Source of the DNA: a virus
Length of the DNA stretch: 64,000 nt
Virus record (IMG/VR): IMGVR_UViG_3300023184_000039
Coordinates: 76,646-140,645 of that record
Strand: one strand, 5' to 3'
The position numbers and the translations under genes are program-made. Shown here one piece after another: positions 31,801 through 40,548 of the stretch; position 1 is the first letter of the stretch, and each line of letters opens with the position of its first letter. The notes below the pieces were generated by a model that saw nothing but the letters and a program-made list of their open reading frames with translations, made no database searches and had not been told where the DNA came from.

Positions 31801-33961
31801 GCTCAAGGATGCAAAAGATAAGCGCAGCGAACTTGTTGGGGATGGCGCGCCATCAACGTGGATGCAATCAGTTATGGGTTCCGGGCCGCTTGGCTCTCGA
31901 CCAGCCCGGGATGCGCGGCCGCCTCGACCAACGCTAAAAAAACTCAAAAAAGACAAGCGTTACAAGAAGCTCCCGGATGAAACGGTGAAGCTGTCTGGCA
32001 AGGATTACACATTTCATCACGAATCGATTGCGTCTGATACATTTGTCGTCAAACACAACGGGACAACAGTGGGAATACTCAACGTCGGAGAAGGTTTAGC
32101 CGGAGAGCCGCGAATAAGCAGCCTCACCGTACACGGCAATCACAAGACAAGCGGCCTCGAACAAGGACTTGTCGAGTTCGCACACGGGTATTATCCATCA
32201 CTTCGTAGCGGTAAGCGTACGTCTGAAGCATTTGCGGCGCGTCAGTTCCCAGATGCCTTTGAGGATTTGCCAGATGGTCATTCAATAATCGAACTTCCTG
32301 ATGGAGTTCCCGGTTCACCAGAGTACGTTACATCTCTTTCTGAACAGCTGAAGCGCGCTAAACGGGACAAAACCGTTGCTGTGTTTGAGTACAACAATGA
32401 AATACGGCGCGTTACTGTTGATGATGTGTACGAACAGAACGGCCAGACGTATATGAAGGGCTTTGACTCCACTCGAAACGACGGCCGCACATTCCGAGTC
32501 GACCGCATCTTTCGACCAAAAACAACAAATGTTGTTACAGAGGACGGCACAAAGACAGCCGTCGCAAAGAAGCCAAAAGCCCCACGTAAGCCCGTTGCTC
32601 CATACACGGGTAAAGCAGAGGAGTTATTCAAGGGTGCTACAAGTTACCGTGAGGTACACGACCGACTCACTACGGGTGAACTGTACTTCTATGACTTTGA
32701 GACAACCGGGATAGTCAACCATCCAAACGGTGAAATGAAATCACCCGGTGCGCCAGTGCAAATTGGGGTAATCAGGGTTGTTGATGGAAAGGTGACCGAC
32801 CGCCACGATGTCTATATGAACCCAGGAGTCCCGTTAAGTCAGTGGTCTAAAGACAACCTCAAGCGAACCGACCCAGACGGAACACAACACCCGCTTACAG
32901 ATGAGTGGCTTGCAAAGCAGCCCTCAATAGCCGACCAAATCAAGGGAGCTCTTGACTTTGTGGGCGGCGAAGGCAAAACATTTGGCGGTCAATACCAGAT
33001 ATTTGACCAAGATGTAATGAGGGAAAATCTTTCACCAGAAGAATTTGCTCGATGGCAACGTGTTGCAACCGGGTTTATTGATAGCAAGGGTGTTGTTGAC
33101 CATCTATTCCCTCGATTTGATAAAGATGCGCCGCAAGACAATCGACTTGGAACAATGACTAAACACTTCGGAGTCCCGTTGAGCAACTGGCACGACGCAT
33201 CAGCTGATGCTGAAGCATCTTGGGCTGTAATCGAAGCGGCCGTACGTCGAGCCGCAGAACGTGAAGAACGCGGGGAGCCGCTACAACAAGGGCTGCGTGA
33301 CATCGCGGCGACTCGAGCAGCGCACTCTGATTTGATGAAAAAGTACGATAATCAACTTAGTGAGTTCCATCAATCTGTCGAACAGATAAAGAAAGAAACA
33401 GAGCAAGCATCAAAGGCTCTTGGTTCTCGCTCATCTGATGAAAAGATAACAACCGGAACACCAAAACTCAAGTACGTTGGCAAGAACACCGGCTCAAATG
33501 ACTTCGTCAATGAGAACAGCCGCATCGTACAGTTCGGGACTGGCAAGAACACACGCAACTACTTGCTCTATAACGACCGGGACTCGATATATGTTATTGA
33601 TTATGATAAATCTGGGCCGCTTGATGGGTTTGAGCCCAGAAAGATGCCAAAAGCTTGGATTGTTGGAGTTATGACTACCTGGGACAATCCGAGCGATGAA
33701 AAGAAACACGAAATATCCAACATTGAGGTAAAGAAATCCCATCAACGCCGCGGATTAGCTACAGCAATGATGACTTTCTATCAAGAAGCATTCCCGGAGC
33801 GTAACTTGCAGCACTCAGACGTCCTTTCAGAGGACGGTAAGGCATTTAGGGCTGCAACAGAGGCCGCTGATATTGAAGATGCAGCCATATCCGGTAGAAA
33901 ATCTGTAGCAAAAGCCGGCAAGGAAGCAGCCCAATCCCTAGCGTCTGCGGGTGCTAGATAA
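25880..33961 (+). CDS. Giant polyvalent protein (3 zincin metallopeptidases, ParB-like, 2 GNAT, WYL-like, DEDDh exonuclease)
   Basis: HEYGH/HEYAH/HEYGH at 26642/27782/31445, each with downstream E.(F/A)AE; DGHHR at 29306; DFETTG..HDASADA from 32693; V...HQRRGLAT near the C-terminus. Confidence 0.85.
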   Translation: MNNLEILLDVKELGRYQRKVMTPLDEAFDPDAIDGDGDGLVQDRTPFERPAIITAITETAQRISQGIRDAGRLNQKRSHNVHRERLRGKSHSEIAETLVPNDYASLASSLTEMAIQDLGVDASPAAIQTWIQGKVFDLTGDATGDVFDFTPKHIRKLRKTVEKHLDELPMFRRLVDDYGMPPFFILKKGDFSGITSHGFGIGVTTGGMGWTDGKGNRIPILRSISLKLGYFDKSGGSNKTKRWLTDTGVRGTVLHEYGHYLAGVLYDDIVSNKYGKWEGSPDVVDFARYINMDSFSISTQNRFPNVDGKVGKSIPDVFSAMFHKPEWDEAWSKGDLPDELPHVLSFYSETNPSEQFAEGMAALLSTDPKQHKLVSPGFEDMVKQLVGLETDVPFQSQGSKYNVDTLDLPQVTQALGSRGRDFTTPSGNKELWHPITKDMDATELAERIHPSSAEELISIMAEENHRITPTSSIEDHKALVGQVLMELFEVKSVKELDSMMDLSKRGDRVGAMEQLLLDNPSLMLLHNQYGAPPLIHLTPEAYDDAARSLEGEFAGIHVIDPRLNIGTILLSPNTTDLLDNYNTPLPLTGETFQELLDNRPLGQRLVLSYAKWRGKYPKSVTYMSIGNNVEQLYAHEYAHYLHEQMTASLPMEGNRERRALLRAYLSATWEEFFAAVDRPDWAEAYTNRRKKDLPDDYPFVDSAYAFSNPLEMFAESFAAATASDPAIRGAVSPEMNRQMAMMLGLDPEQALYEQLVANDDVVSASLDISRPLGSRSKKKDREFWEKMYPDRTAAEWKAIEEKIQQERDNTYLGRPLGSAPSLTASEAIRSLDEVAKIEERDLITTDDPTLRPGVRKLDTKAWDGKDIYQTADAGDALALIANGHYVEMTHEEGLWLALADIGKRWKEIQKSSGKEIKTLNACLFMTVDANGKSNNLFCRGHHDIARLSMPQVGGYMTKENQVLLQAWRSGLTENRGGAHDAFIGGNKAVEAMKELGKGIVEATITEDEWKVLDKKWRKKIETPEERALYFANTYMPLVEADSTPEFIRFLKQKGIGTGDVELVDVFDDVNSTQNELVLDKISGIGGAMLSKYREFQTRREQILSDISLSQTEKDTAIAAALKDFQTIPQMLPIIISKDGYIFDGHHRAFGRRIFESQLNEEELKEVKAMGFQVRRSEANISELLGIGKAYQDHMGVAAAPGGPKKVDLYVDHTEDIGDISNEEWVQHQKEIFDGLDDIVAGYHPADYWKPAGVEELDVEGNVIKRTADSPAIQTGTQSNEPIRKMYRGEARNIFEEGDRQGAMALGSQSEQPSEPSSWMMSIMGSGPNGPLVDVKPPKPDTRTSGFNKKLPRWVSTLLSLHPFIDPEVLQSVRDRTPKPVIPSSYPQVMKMTGKERRLHNTNLKKILDTIELSDDVVKNLSLMGRNNTNARDNAANVYLHSLGVDLNDSKAVEKALNGGFADWMSTKPYSEIETLSEITPREWNKYIDGTPSRGGESDMKELVATLSPMEAREIATSLRDYTRGLERPLTDDESKKLNQIIETPVFRAALGVNDGEDSASVVRSFLWDDADKAERGPLGSMSEAKPVVDYNEARKAGRSKIFRKKYKSRAEMYDGASTEQQVRLSVPRTAEEHHTMMMDATVDRLNLQLKLKNAGISEEPVDVRRFIDMSDPLNPRAKIAAVQPLVDHVIKTAKEYEPDFSPEAIKQAEAMVTQTLNSSPALRHFASEYGLPPVVIGSQNALDRQMVVYALKISKPNQEMNTILDKYQGIRQMMDETRIQEILDDPVAMEKIRKAYDNGTNPIAGAYINAANMLVIYPGSSSHKAFLDGKPIDPAYVPKPGDHTVLDNSIEATLLHEYGHYFDQRVGMLLSEGGLDPESDMAKAYTRLHHSNTLDALTSKRGNPLFTSKDNPVIETTYGQTNTQEMAAEAMSAVFSNNPHAMEMLNKPLLDDVYTLLGIKSSERNGITERDLPWLKDAKDKRSELVGDGAPSTWMQSVMGSGPLGSRPARDARPPRPTLKKLKKDKRYKKLPDETVKLSGKDYTFHHESIASDTFVVKHNGTTVGILNVGEGLAGEPRISSLTVHGNHKTSGLEQGLVEFAHGYYPSLRSGKRTSEAFAARQFPDAFEDLPDGHSIIELPDGVPGSPEYVTSLSEQLKRAKRDKTVAVFEYNNEIRRVTVDDVYEQNGQTYMKGFDSTRNDGRTFRVDRIFRPKTTNVVTEDGTKTAVAKKPKAPRKPVAPYTGKAEELFKGATSYREVHDRLTTGELYFYDFETTGIVNHPNGEMKSPGAPVQIGVIRVVDGKVTDRHDVYMNPGVPLSQWSKDNLKRTDPDGTQHPLTDEWLAKQPSIADQIKGALDFVGGEGKTFGGQYQIFDQDVMRENLSPEEFARWQRVATGFIDSKGVVDHLFPRFDKDAPQDNRLGTMTKHFGVPLSNWHDASADAEASWAVIEAAVRRAAEREERGEPLQQGLRDIAATRAAHSDLMKKYDNQLSEFHQSVEQIKKETEQASKALGSRSSDEKITTGTPKLKYVGKNTGSNDFVNENSRIVQFGTGKNTRNYLLYNDRDSIYVIDYDKSGPLDGFEPRKMPKAWIVGVMTTWDNPSDEKKHEISNIEVKKSHQRRGLATAMMTFYQEAFPERNLQHSDVLSEDGKAFRAATEAADIEDAAISGRKSVAKAGKEAAQSLASAGAR

Positions 33962-34140
33962 TGCCTTCCTACCAGCGTGATGATGATGATATATCATTAT
34001 GGGGAGAGTATCAAGCGTATTGTCGTTCCCATCTGGGCGTACCAGACGAGTATGATGACTGGGTGGCCGATAACCACCTCGAAAAACGTAAGAAACGACG
34101 CAGAAAGAACGTAACGTACGATGAGACCAGCGAGTTTTGA
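33961..34140 (+). CDS. Hypothetical protein (59 aa)
   Basis: TAATG overlap with the giant ORF; MPSYQRDDDD.. Confidence 0.5.
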   Translation: MPSYQRDDDDISLWGEYQAYCRSHLGVPDEYDDWVADNHLEKRKKRRRKNVTYDETSEF

Positions 34141-34268
34141 TGACCCAGAAGCTGTCATAAGGATGGCCAATGCATACGCAAAACGTTTCACACAATCAGT
34201 AACAGGCAAAACCCCAGTAGTCCCGAATAGTAAGCCAAACGAGCAAGAACAACCAAAGGAATCTGACA

Positions 34269-34997
34269 ATGAGAACCAATAGCAACGACCCACAGGACCA
34301 AGACGCAACTGCAGCGTGGTATCAGTCAGAGAGTGAAAAGCAACTTGACGAACTTCTTGCCCTACAAGGAAAGATGGCGCGCGCCTTGCGCAAAGAAGGT
34401 GTTCCAGCCGGCGATGATGAGGAAGAAGAAGACGCGGCCATTCAGGGTTCTGGAGCAAAGAAACGAAAGCCAGCAATTGAGGGCGATGAGGAAGAAGGCG
34501 AACAATCATCAGATGACTACAACGAAGCTGATGAAGAGGAAAAAGGAATGATGGGTATTATTACCAAACCAATCAAAAAGATGATGGGCAAGGCTGCAAT
34601 GAATCCAGCAGATGAAGAGATGGATGGCGAAATGTCGTCAGATGACTACAACGAAGACGAAGAAGCAATCGAGCCGACAGATGAAGAACTTGCCGCATCA
34701 GCACGCAATCGTGCTCGCAAGGGTGGTTCACAACAAGGTATGGGACGTCCGGGCGAAAAAGGTATGCCAATGGCACGCAACAAGCGCAACATCATTGAAG
34801 GCGGCCGGAGTGGCGATATGGGTGGCGACAATGGGAAACACCCAGATGAGCCAATGTCCCGTGATGAGTTGATGAAGCGAATGTTTGGCGGTCGTACAAA
34901 GCCTATGAAGGGTCAAGTATCACGAGGCAACAACGGCAACAACGGTCGTGGCGGTATGAAGCCGGATGTAAAGCGTCCAAAACCAATGGGTTACTAA
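34269..34997 (+). CDS. Low-complexity acidic / Met-Gly-rich protein
   Basis: 242-aa ORF with SSDDYNE repeated twice. Confidence 0.65.
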   Translation: MRTNSNDPQDQDATAAWYQSESEKQLDELLALQGKMARALRKEGVPAGDDEEEEDAAIQGSGAKKRKPAIEGDEEEGEQSSDDYNEADEEEKGMMGIITKPIKKMMGKAAMNPADEEMDGEMSSDDYNEDEEAIEPTDEELAASARNRARKGGSQQGMGRPGEKGMPMARNKRNIIEGGRSGDMGGDNGKHPDEPMSRDELMKRMFGGRTKPMKGQVSRGNNGNNGRGGMKPDVKRPKPMGY

Positions 34998-35001
34998 ACC
35001 C

Positions 35002-35031
35002 TGTCTCATTAGCGTCCCACCCCACTAAGAT
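35002..35031 (+). promoter_or_regulatory. Motif promoter (first copy)
   Basis: TGTCTCA TTA GCGTCCCA CCCCAC TAAGAT. Confidence 0.8.
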
Positions 35032-35076
35032 TGCGTTGCCGCAAGGCACACGACATCTACGAAGGGGGTGAACAAA

Positions 35077-35289
35077 ATGGAAACTTGGGAAAAGGAAGGT
35101 TTTGCTTCAGAAGAGGCGTACTTGGAAGAGGCATATGCGAGTATAGAAGCCGAGCAAGAAGCGGAGTTCTGCATGAGCTTCGTCAACGGTGGGGGTCATT
35201 CCTCGGATTGGCGAGAGGCTTATCGCCAGTCGCAGATGACCGAGGAGGAGTTCTTCTTGTACCTCCACGCTCAATTCGGCGAAGTGTGA
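35077..35289 (+). CDS. Hypothetical early-type protein
   Basis: Downstream of a motif promoter. Confidence 0.65.
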   Translation: METWEKEGFASEEAYLEEAYASIEAEQEAEFCMSFVNGGGHSSDWREAYRQSQMTEEEFFLYLHAQFGEV

Positions 35290-35328
35290 CATAACGGGAT
35301 GCTGGCAGATGGTTGCTAGTATCTCGTT

Positions 35329-35574
35329 ATGAACATATCCACCGAAGAACCAACCGTCGCCGACCTTCTTGTCGAGCATTATTACACCCTTTCGACTACC
35401 GGGGCCAATGCAATCGCTGCAATCTGGGGTGATTTAGCTGATGGCAACTTCAGTGACAACCTTGTCGAGTGGGGTATGACTGAGTATCAGTTCATTGCCG
35501 CTGTAAATGATTTAGCACTCAACATTGCACATTCTGGGATGCTGTTCCGGGAACGAGCGGACAAACGTATCTAG
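35329..35574 (+). CDS. Hypothetical protein
   Basis: 81-aa ORF. Confidence 0.6.
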   Translation: MNISTEEPTVADLLVEHYYTLSTTGANAIAAIWGDLADGNFSDNLVEWGMTEYQFIAAVNDLALNIAHSGMLFRERADKRI

Positions 35575-35867
35575 CCGCGTATTCGGCTGTTACATTCGAG
35601 ACAAAACTCGGCCCACGGGTAAAATCTACGCATATTCGCTGGATGCTGACAATACAGAAGCTCACGCGCGCGAGCGTTCAGGATGTCCCGTATAAACGAA
35701 GACACGGTGATATTGAGCTTCTCTGCGGCCTTGCGCCACTCCTCTTTTTCTTCTGACGTTACGCGTATCATCACCTGGTTGTCAGCCGGGACATTCCCGG
35801 TGTTTGTTTCAGCTACGGGCTTTACGGCCATATCTGCTGTTTTCATACTTTTTGCCACGTCACTCAT
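35571..35867 (-). CDS. Ribbon-helix-helix-like DNA-binding protein with C-terminal Cys pair
   Basis: VMIRVTSEEKEEWRKAAEKLNITVSSFIR; C.H...CLEC. Confidence 0.6.
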   Translation of the reverse strand: MSDVAKSMKTADMAVKPVAETNTGNVPADNQVMIRVTSEEKEEWRKAAEKLNITVSSFIRDILNARARELLYCQHPANMRRFYPWAEFCLECNSRIRG

Positions 35868-36495
35868 TGCTTGCTTTAGTGATTTGTCCATCTTCGACCA
35901 TTTCTGCGTCAATTATTTCCTTATCCGATGAACCAGATAGTAGTTCCTTGAACATACCGTGAGGTAGAACTCCAGATGATGTCATCAACTCAATAAGTTT
36001 GCGGGCATCTTCTTCGGGACTAAAGCTGTTTACCGGGGCCGACATACCATCCTGGCCAGCCAATGTAGCTTTGATTACGTTCCCCGCGCCGCTTGATACA
36101 TCCATCGAAACATTTACGTTCACATTATCCATACCCAGGAGCTTCGTACGTCTGTCCATTATCGAAAGAACTGCGGTAACCGCCTTTAGGTCTGGCTCTA
36201 ATTGAAGTTCAGTCCCGTCAGCATCGGTCTGCTTTCGATTTTGCGTCATAGCCCAGATAGCGGACTGCAGCGCATCAAGCCGCTCAAGCTCAAGCCGCAG
36301 CACGTTTGAGTAATCGAGTTGCATTTCCTGGTTCATTTTCGTAAGTTGCCGCTGCACGGCCTTGTTGACCGCAATGGTTGTCATATCAAAACGTTTGGCT
36401 ATTTCTCGAACGCCAAGTCCGGCCTTCTTCATAGCGAATATGCGATAATCACGTTCGGCAAGGAACTCTCGATTAGTGGCCGGCTTGTTGCTCAT
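35860..36495 (-). CDS. Putative terminase small subunit
   Basis: N-terminal HTH; LELERLDALQ..AV..VLSIMDRRTKLLGMD pattern typical of actinophage TerS-like proteins. Confidence 0.6.
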   Translation of the reverse strand: MSNKPATNREFLAERDYRIFAMKKAGLGVREIAKRFDMTTIAVNKAVQRQLTKMNQEMQLDYSNVLRLELERLDALQSAIWAMTQNRKQTDADGTELQLEPDLKAVTAVLSIMDRRTKLLGMDNVNVNVSMDVSSGAGNVIKATLAGQDGMSAPVNSFSPEEDARKLIELMTSSGVLPHGMFKELLSGSSDKEIIDAEMVEDGQITKASNE

Positions 36496-36634
36496 TTTCT
36501 GTCAGACCTAATCATCAACACGGCCCAAATCAGCGTGAGAAATAATACGAAATAGAACATCTTGCTCACGCTCTCGCCTCCGAGTGGTTATGAATCAATA
36601 CATAAATCATAACACCATTGAGATAGCGAGATAA

Positions 36635-36820
36635 CTAGACGATTTCTTCCCAATCGTCAATGACCCAATCAAGATAGGTCTGGCCTTGGGCAATCTGCTC
36701 TTGTAAAGCGTTCATTACATCTAAGTCAGAGACCTGGTCCGCCATATCAACCTCGTCTTTGGCCTGAACACGAACGGTCACGGACGTAGTCATTGTGAGA
36801 AATACCTCGTAAGTTTTCAT
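36635..36820 (-). CDS. Hypothetical protein
   Basis: MKTYEVFL..; GAGGA RBS. Confidence 0.55.
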   Translation of the reverse strand: MKTYEVFLTMTTSVTVRVQAKDEVDMADQVSDLDVMNALQEQIAQGQTYLDWVIDDWEEIV

Positions 36821-36821
36821 A

Positions 36822-36965
36822 CTAGATTTCCTCTGCGATTTCGGATACAATTCCCATACGCTTTTTGTAAGCCTCATCGGCCAACTCTTGTGCGTGGTAG
36901 TAAGCCTCTGCGGCTTCCCAGCCAATGAGATTGTCGCTAAATACTGGTTCTGTGTGGTTGTTCAT
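36822..36965 (-). CDS. Hypothetical leaderless protein
   Basis: ATG 6 nt after the TATGAT of motif copy 36984. Confidence 0.6.
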   Translation of the reverse strand: MNNHTEPVFSDNLIGWEAAEAYYHAQELADEAYKKRMGIVSEIAEEI

Positions 36966-37002
36966 ACTCAAATCATACTCACTTGGGACGCTAGTGAGAC
37001 AG

Positions 37003-38784
37003 TTAGTCGTACTCCAGATACTCCAGCACCGTGAAAGCGAAACGTTCAGACTTATCGGCCCGACGCAGTAAGGTCGGCCACTTGCGCTGGTCTCTAGCTC
37101 CCCTGAAATGTCGAACTTCATAGGTAAATGGAGCTCCTGTTGGGACCGGAGACATCGAGATGCCAAACTCCGGCCAACGTGACCACACGCTGCTTCCAAA
37201 TGGCCGTAAATCGCGTGTTGCCATCGTAGTCCCGAGTGGTGCGTGATGCTCAAACCACATTGCGCACTTATACGTGACACGCAGCGAGTCTAAATATCGA
37301 GCTATCTCGACAGCAATGGCATCAGACGTGCGGCCGCCTGGGTCTATGTATGCCTTGTACAGCGGCCCCATACATATAAGTTCAGGCTGCACAATTTCTA
37401 TCTGTTTTTCGAGCAGCGCGCGGTCAGCGGCTTTGAGTAAATCAAGGCCGCCTGGCTTTGCATACAAACGTGCAAGATTATGCGGCTGCTTTCCGGTCCG
37501 CGCCCCATCAGAAATCATCTTTTTTGACATACGTCGAATGATTGTCTCTGGGTTCTCCAAGTCAACCGTAAGCGTTACAACGGGACGAATGGGTTGATAC
37601 GTGAACGGGTGTATTCCAGCTCCGGCCGTGATGGCTATTTGCCGCATAAGCATAGTTTTACCAACGCCTTCGGCCGCCACAACAATCACACGTTCTCCGC
37701 GCTCAAGAAGACCGGGTATAACCCAGTCGTAATCATCATTTTCTGCTTCTTTTACAAAATCTTCCCAAACAACTAAGCGGCCCGCATCGAGCGGCTCTTC
37801 AGCTGTAGCTGAGTTCGTAATCATCGACATTTTTGCTATTTTTTGCTGCGACGTCAGGTCCTCTCGACTAAATACTTCTCCAAGTCGAGTGAGTGCGCGG
37901 GTGAACGCATCTTCTGTTTCCACAACCACTTGTTCCATCGGGACTTCATCAGTATCTACGTGCAGCGTAAAATCGAGCGCAAGCGGCACAAGCTCTTCCA
38001 TCTTCCCGCCCGCCGCTAAGTGGTCAGAAATATCCTTATTTTTGGGACAAATCCAAACAGCTACGTCGCAGCCCGCTTCTGTTAGCTGCGTGAATACGTT
38101 AAGTGCGTGTTGCTTTCCAGCATCATCATTATCAGCAATGATGTCAATCGTTCCACCACCAGTAAGCGTCTCTGTATGAATATCAAGCCATTTTCCGGGA
38201 CCAGCGCCGCCCGGCATCGTCGTAGCCACAATCCCCATAGATATTAATGTTTCTGCGTCTTTTTCTCCTTCGACAACAAAGATGCTTGACCCGGCGGCAA
38301 CAGCGGCCGCGACTGCGGGTAAGTTATACAACACTTTTGGCGTATCTCCGAGTGAATACTCCCAACCGCCACTTCCATCGGGACGGCGTTGACGAAACGT
38401 CTTGCGGCCATCCTGGTCAACGTATCGAATCTTCTCAAACAGCAACTCTCCGAGCGCATCCTGGTACTCGTACGTAGCAACTTTTGTCAGTTTCTGTTCT
38501 TTTTTCACCGGCACCGCGGGCGTGTTTACGGGCTGCATACTCACCTGACGTGATAAATCATCCGGGAACAAATCATTCATCTTTATTCCTAATGTTTCAC
38601 ATATTTTGTCCGCACTGCAGCCGCCTGTGCCGCGAAAACAATGGAAAACGATGTGTTCGTCCCGTATCCCAACAGCCAATGATGGACTGTTGTCATCAAG
38701 GCGGCACGGGCAACGCGCTTGCCATTGGCCGTTACTTCCAGTTACGCCGTCAAGCCGCGCAAGTACGTCGTCAATGTGAATCAA
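37003..38784 (-). CDS. Primase-helicase (Zn finger + TOPRIM + RecA-like AAA domain)
   Basis: CPC..D..PSL..C....C; VVEGEKD; ADNDDAG; AAEGVGKT; DLEN. Confidence 0.88.
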   Translation of the reverse strand: MIHIDDVLARLDGVTGSNGQWQARCPCRLDDNSPSLAVGIRDEHIVFHCFRGTGGCSADKICETLGIKMNDLFPDDLSRQVSMQPVNTPAVPVKKEQKLTKVATYEYQDALGELLFEKIRYVDQDGRKTFRQRRPDGSGGWEYSLGDTPKVLYNLPAVAAAVAAGSSIFVVEGEKDAETLISMGIVATTMPGGAGPGKWLDIHTETLTGGGTIDIIADNDDAGKQHALNVFTQLTEAGCDVAVWICPKNKDISDHLAAGGKMEELVPLALDFTLHVDTDEVPMEQVVVETEDAFTRALTRLGEVFSREDLTSQQKIAKMSMITNSATAEEPLDAGRLVVWEDFVKEAENDDYDWVIPGLLERGERVIVVAAEGVGKTMLMRQIAITAGAGIHPFTYQPIRPVVTLTVDLENPETIIRRMSKKMISDGARTGKQPHNLARLYAKPGGLDLLKAADRALLEKQIEIVQPELICMGPLYKAYIDPGGRTSDAIAVEIARYLDSLRVTYKCAMWFEHHAPLGTTMATRDLRPFGSSVWSRWPEFGISMSPVPTGAPFTYEVRHFRGARDQRKWPTLLRRADKSERFAFTVLEYLEYD

Positions 38785-39119
38785 CGGGACTCTGGCTTTC
38801 CACTCATATCACGACGATAACTCGTACGCACACCAGGAAGCAAATCACGCTCAAATGTTTGTATTTTGATGCCGCGTTCTCTCCGGGTATAAAAACGCTC
38901 ACGTTCATCTTGCCCGCCCCAAACTCCAAGCGGCTCGTGTACGAGTGAATATTCTAAACAATTACTTACAACAGAACATCCAGAACAAATCAATTTAGCG
39001 GCAGTAACTTTTTGTCGGTCTTCTCGTATTTTCACATTTTGTGGAAAGAACAACGTTGTGTCTTGTCCTTTACAGGCCGCCTGGTTCATAAACGAAACAT
39101 TAACTTCAGTAATAATCAT
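38781..39119 (-). CDS. whiB: WhiB-family transcription factor
   Basis: AACKG..FFP..C..C.V...CLEY..GVWGG..ER. Confidence 0.92.
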   Translation of the reverse strand: MIITEVNVSFMNQAACKGQDTTLFFPQNVKIREDRQKVTAAKLICSGCSVVSNCLEYSLVHEPLGVWGGQDERERFYTRRERGIKIQTFERDLLPGVRTSYRRDMSGKPESR

Positions 39120-39133
39120 TTCCCCCTCTTTCG

Positions 39134-39538
39134 TTACTGTCCCGTCATTTTACTCACATCCCCACGAGAAAGAAAAATCGTTACTACTCTCTGCCCAGTT
39201 GGTTCATTGATTGTTACATCAATTGCATCCAAAGGCAACCCCAATCGTTTAGATATTTCAGCTTTTACTTTTGCTTGAGCTTCCAGCGACGCAATGATGT
39301 CTTCGTCAATATTTTCTAAATCATTTGCGGGTGCCGGGTTGAGGGCTAACAAATCTCGACGTTTATCGACAACTCGCAAACACCACGCGCACGCAAGCTT
39401 GGGCGCTGTGGACTTTCTCTCTCGAATCTCAACGTGCCCGCACTCGAGCGTGTGTTGATACTTTACTGCCCCCCACGTACCAACGCGGCTAATCATCGTG
39501 ATTTTGCGGCGCGGGGCTTTCCTGTGTTCTGTGGTCAT
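39134..39538 (-). CDS. Hypothetical protein (Cys-containing)
   Basis: LECGH..CAWC. Confidence 0.65.
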   Translation of the reverse strand: MTTEHRKAPRRKITMISRVGTWGAVKYQHTLECGHVEIRERKSTAPKLACAWCLRVVDKRRDLLALNPAPANDLENIDEDIIASLEAQAKVKAEISKRLGLPLDAIDVTINEPTGQRVVTIFLSRGDVSKMTGQ

Positions 39539-39550
39539 ACTTAGACATTA

Positions 39551-39588
39551 GTCCCGTTGGTGGAGGTGAAAATCCACACCAACGGGAC
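39551..39588 (-). terminator. Hairpin/terminator after ssb
   Basis: GTCCCGTTGGTG..CACCAACGGGAC. Confidence 0.65.
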
Positions 39589-39617
39589 CTTTGTCTTCTA
39601 GTTCTTACGCTAGATGG

Positions 39618-40073
39618 TTAGAAAGGTTCTGATTCAGTCTCAACTCCGACGCCAGCCATTGCTCGTTGACGTTGTGGTTGTGCTGCTTGTTTTGGTGCCG
39701 CTGCACCATCGGTATTTGATGCTTTACGTCGCTCGATGGACTCGATGCTACGGGTCAAGATGGCAATATCTTCGGCTACAAGCTCAGTCACGCTGCGCTT
39801 GTTTCCTTCTTTGTCATCGTATGAACGTTGTTCCAAACGTCCGTAAACCATTACGCCAATGCCCTTTTCGGCAACGCGCGCAAAGTTTTCTGCTACCCAA
39901 CGCCAGGCTACAACGTTAATGAACGAAACTTTTTCTTGTTTCGCATTTTTGTCGTCGTACCAGACGTAGTTGACCGCAACCGAAAAGGTTGCTTTTGGTG
40001 TCCCGCTTGGTAAGAATACCAATTCCGGGTCGGCTGTAATATTGCCGATGATTACTGTCGGTGACAGATTCAT
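39618..40073 (-). CDS. ssb: Single-stranded DNA-binding protein
   Basis: IIGNITADPEL..FSVAVN..GRLEQRSY..acidic EPF tail. Confidence 0.95.
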   Translation of the reverse strand: MNLSPTVIIGNITADPELVFLPSGTPKATFSVAVNYVWYDDKNAKQEKVSFINVVAWRWVAENFARVAEKGIGVMVYGRLEQRSYDDKEGNKRSVTELVAEDIAILTRSIESIERRKASNTDGAAAPKQAAQPQRQRAMAGVGVETESEPF

Positions 40074-40145
40074 TTATTTCTCCTTGTCTCGTGTGTTTCT
40101 TGCTAGGCTATTACCATACCACCACCTAGTGACAAAGGACAACAC

Positions 40146-40421
40146 GTGACACCAATCGAACAAGCAGAAGCAAAATTGGTTATTCTGGAACATCTTGAGG
40201 AACTCCTGGCTGACCTCACAATGGGTGACGATGAGGAAGATATGTCTGACAAGGAGATGGGTGAATATCTTGACGCAATGATGAAACTCGGTGCGGCCAT
40301 ACTTGAATCTCTTTCATTTGAGATTATTTCAGTAAATGACGGGACTTACACAGTAAGCATCAAACCCCTTGATATCCCTACGTTTGTTGATGAATACACA
40401 TCTCGGCCTATCGTTAAATAA
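40146..40421 (+). CDS. Hypothetical protein
   Basis: AAGGA RBS, 91 aa. Confidence 0.65.
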   Translation: MTPIEQAEAKLVILEHLEELLADLTMGDDEEDMSDKEMGEYLDAMMKLGAAILESLSFEIISVNDGTYTVSIKPLDIPTFVDEYTSRPIVK

Positions 40422-40548
40422 TCGCACAGTTAATTAAAAGTGTGGTTCGGGTGAACATCTGCTAACATTGTTGTAGCGATTACTGAACTTACATAGGCAG
40501 GAATTATTAGAACCTGTTGCCCTATTCACCTACTTCAGGAGTATCACA

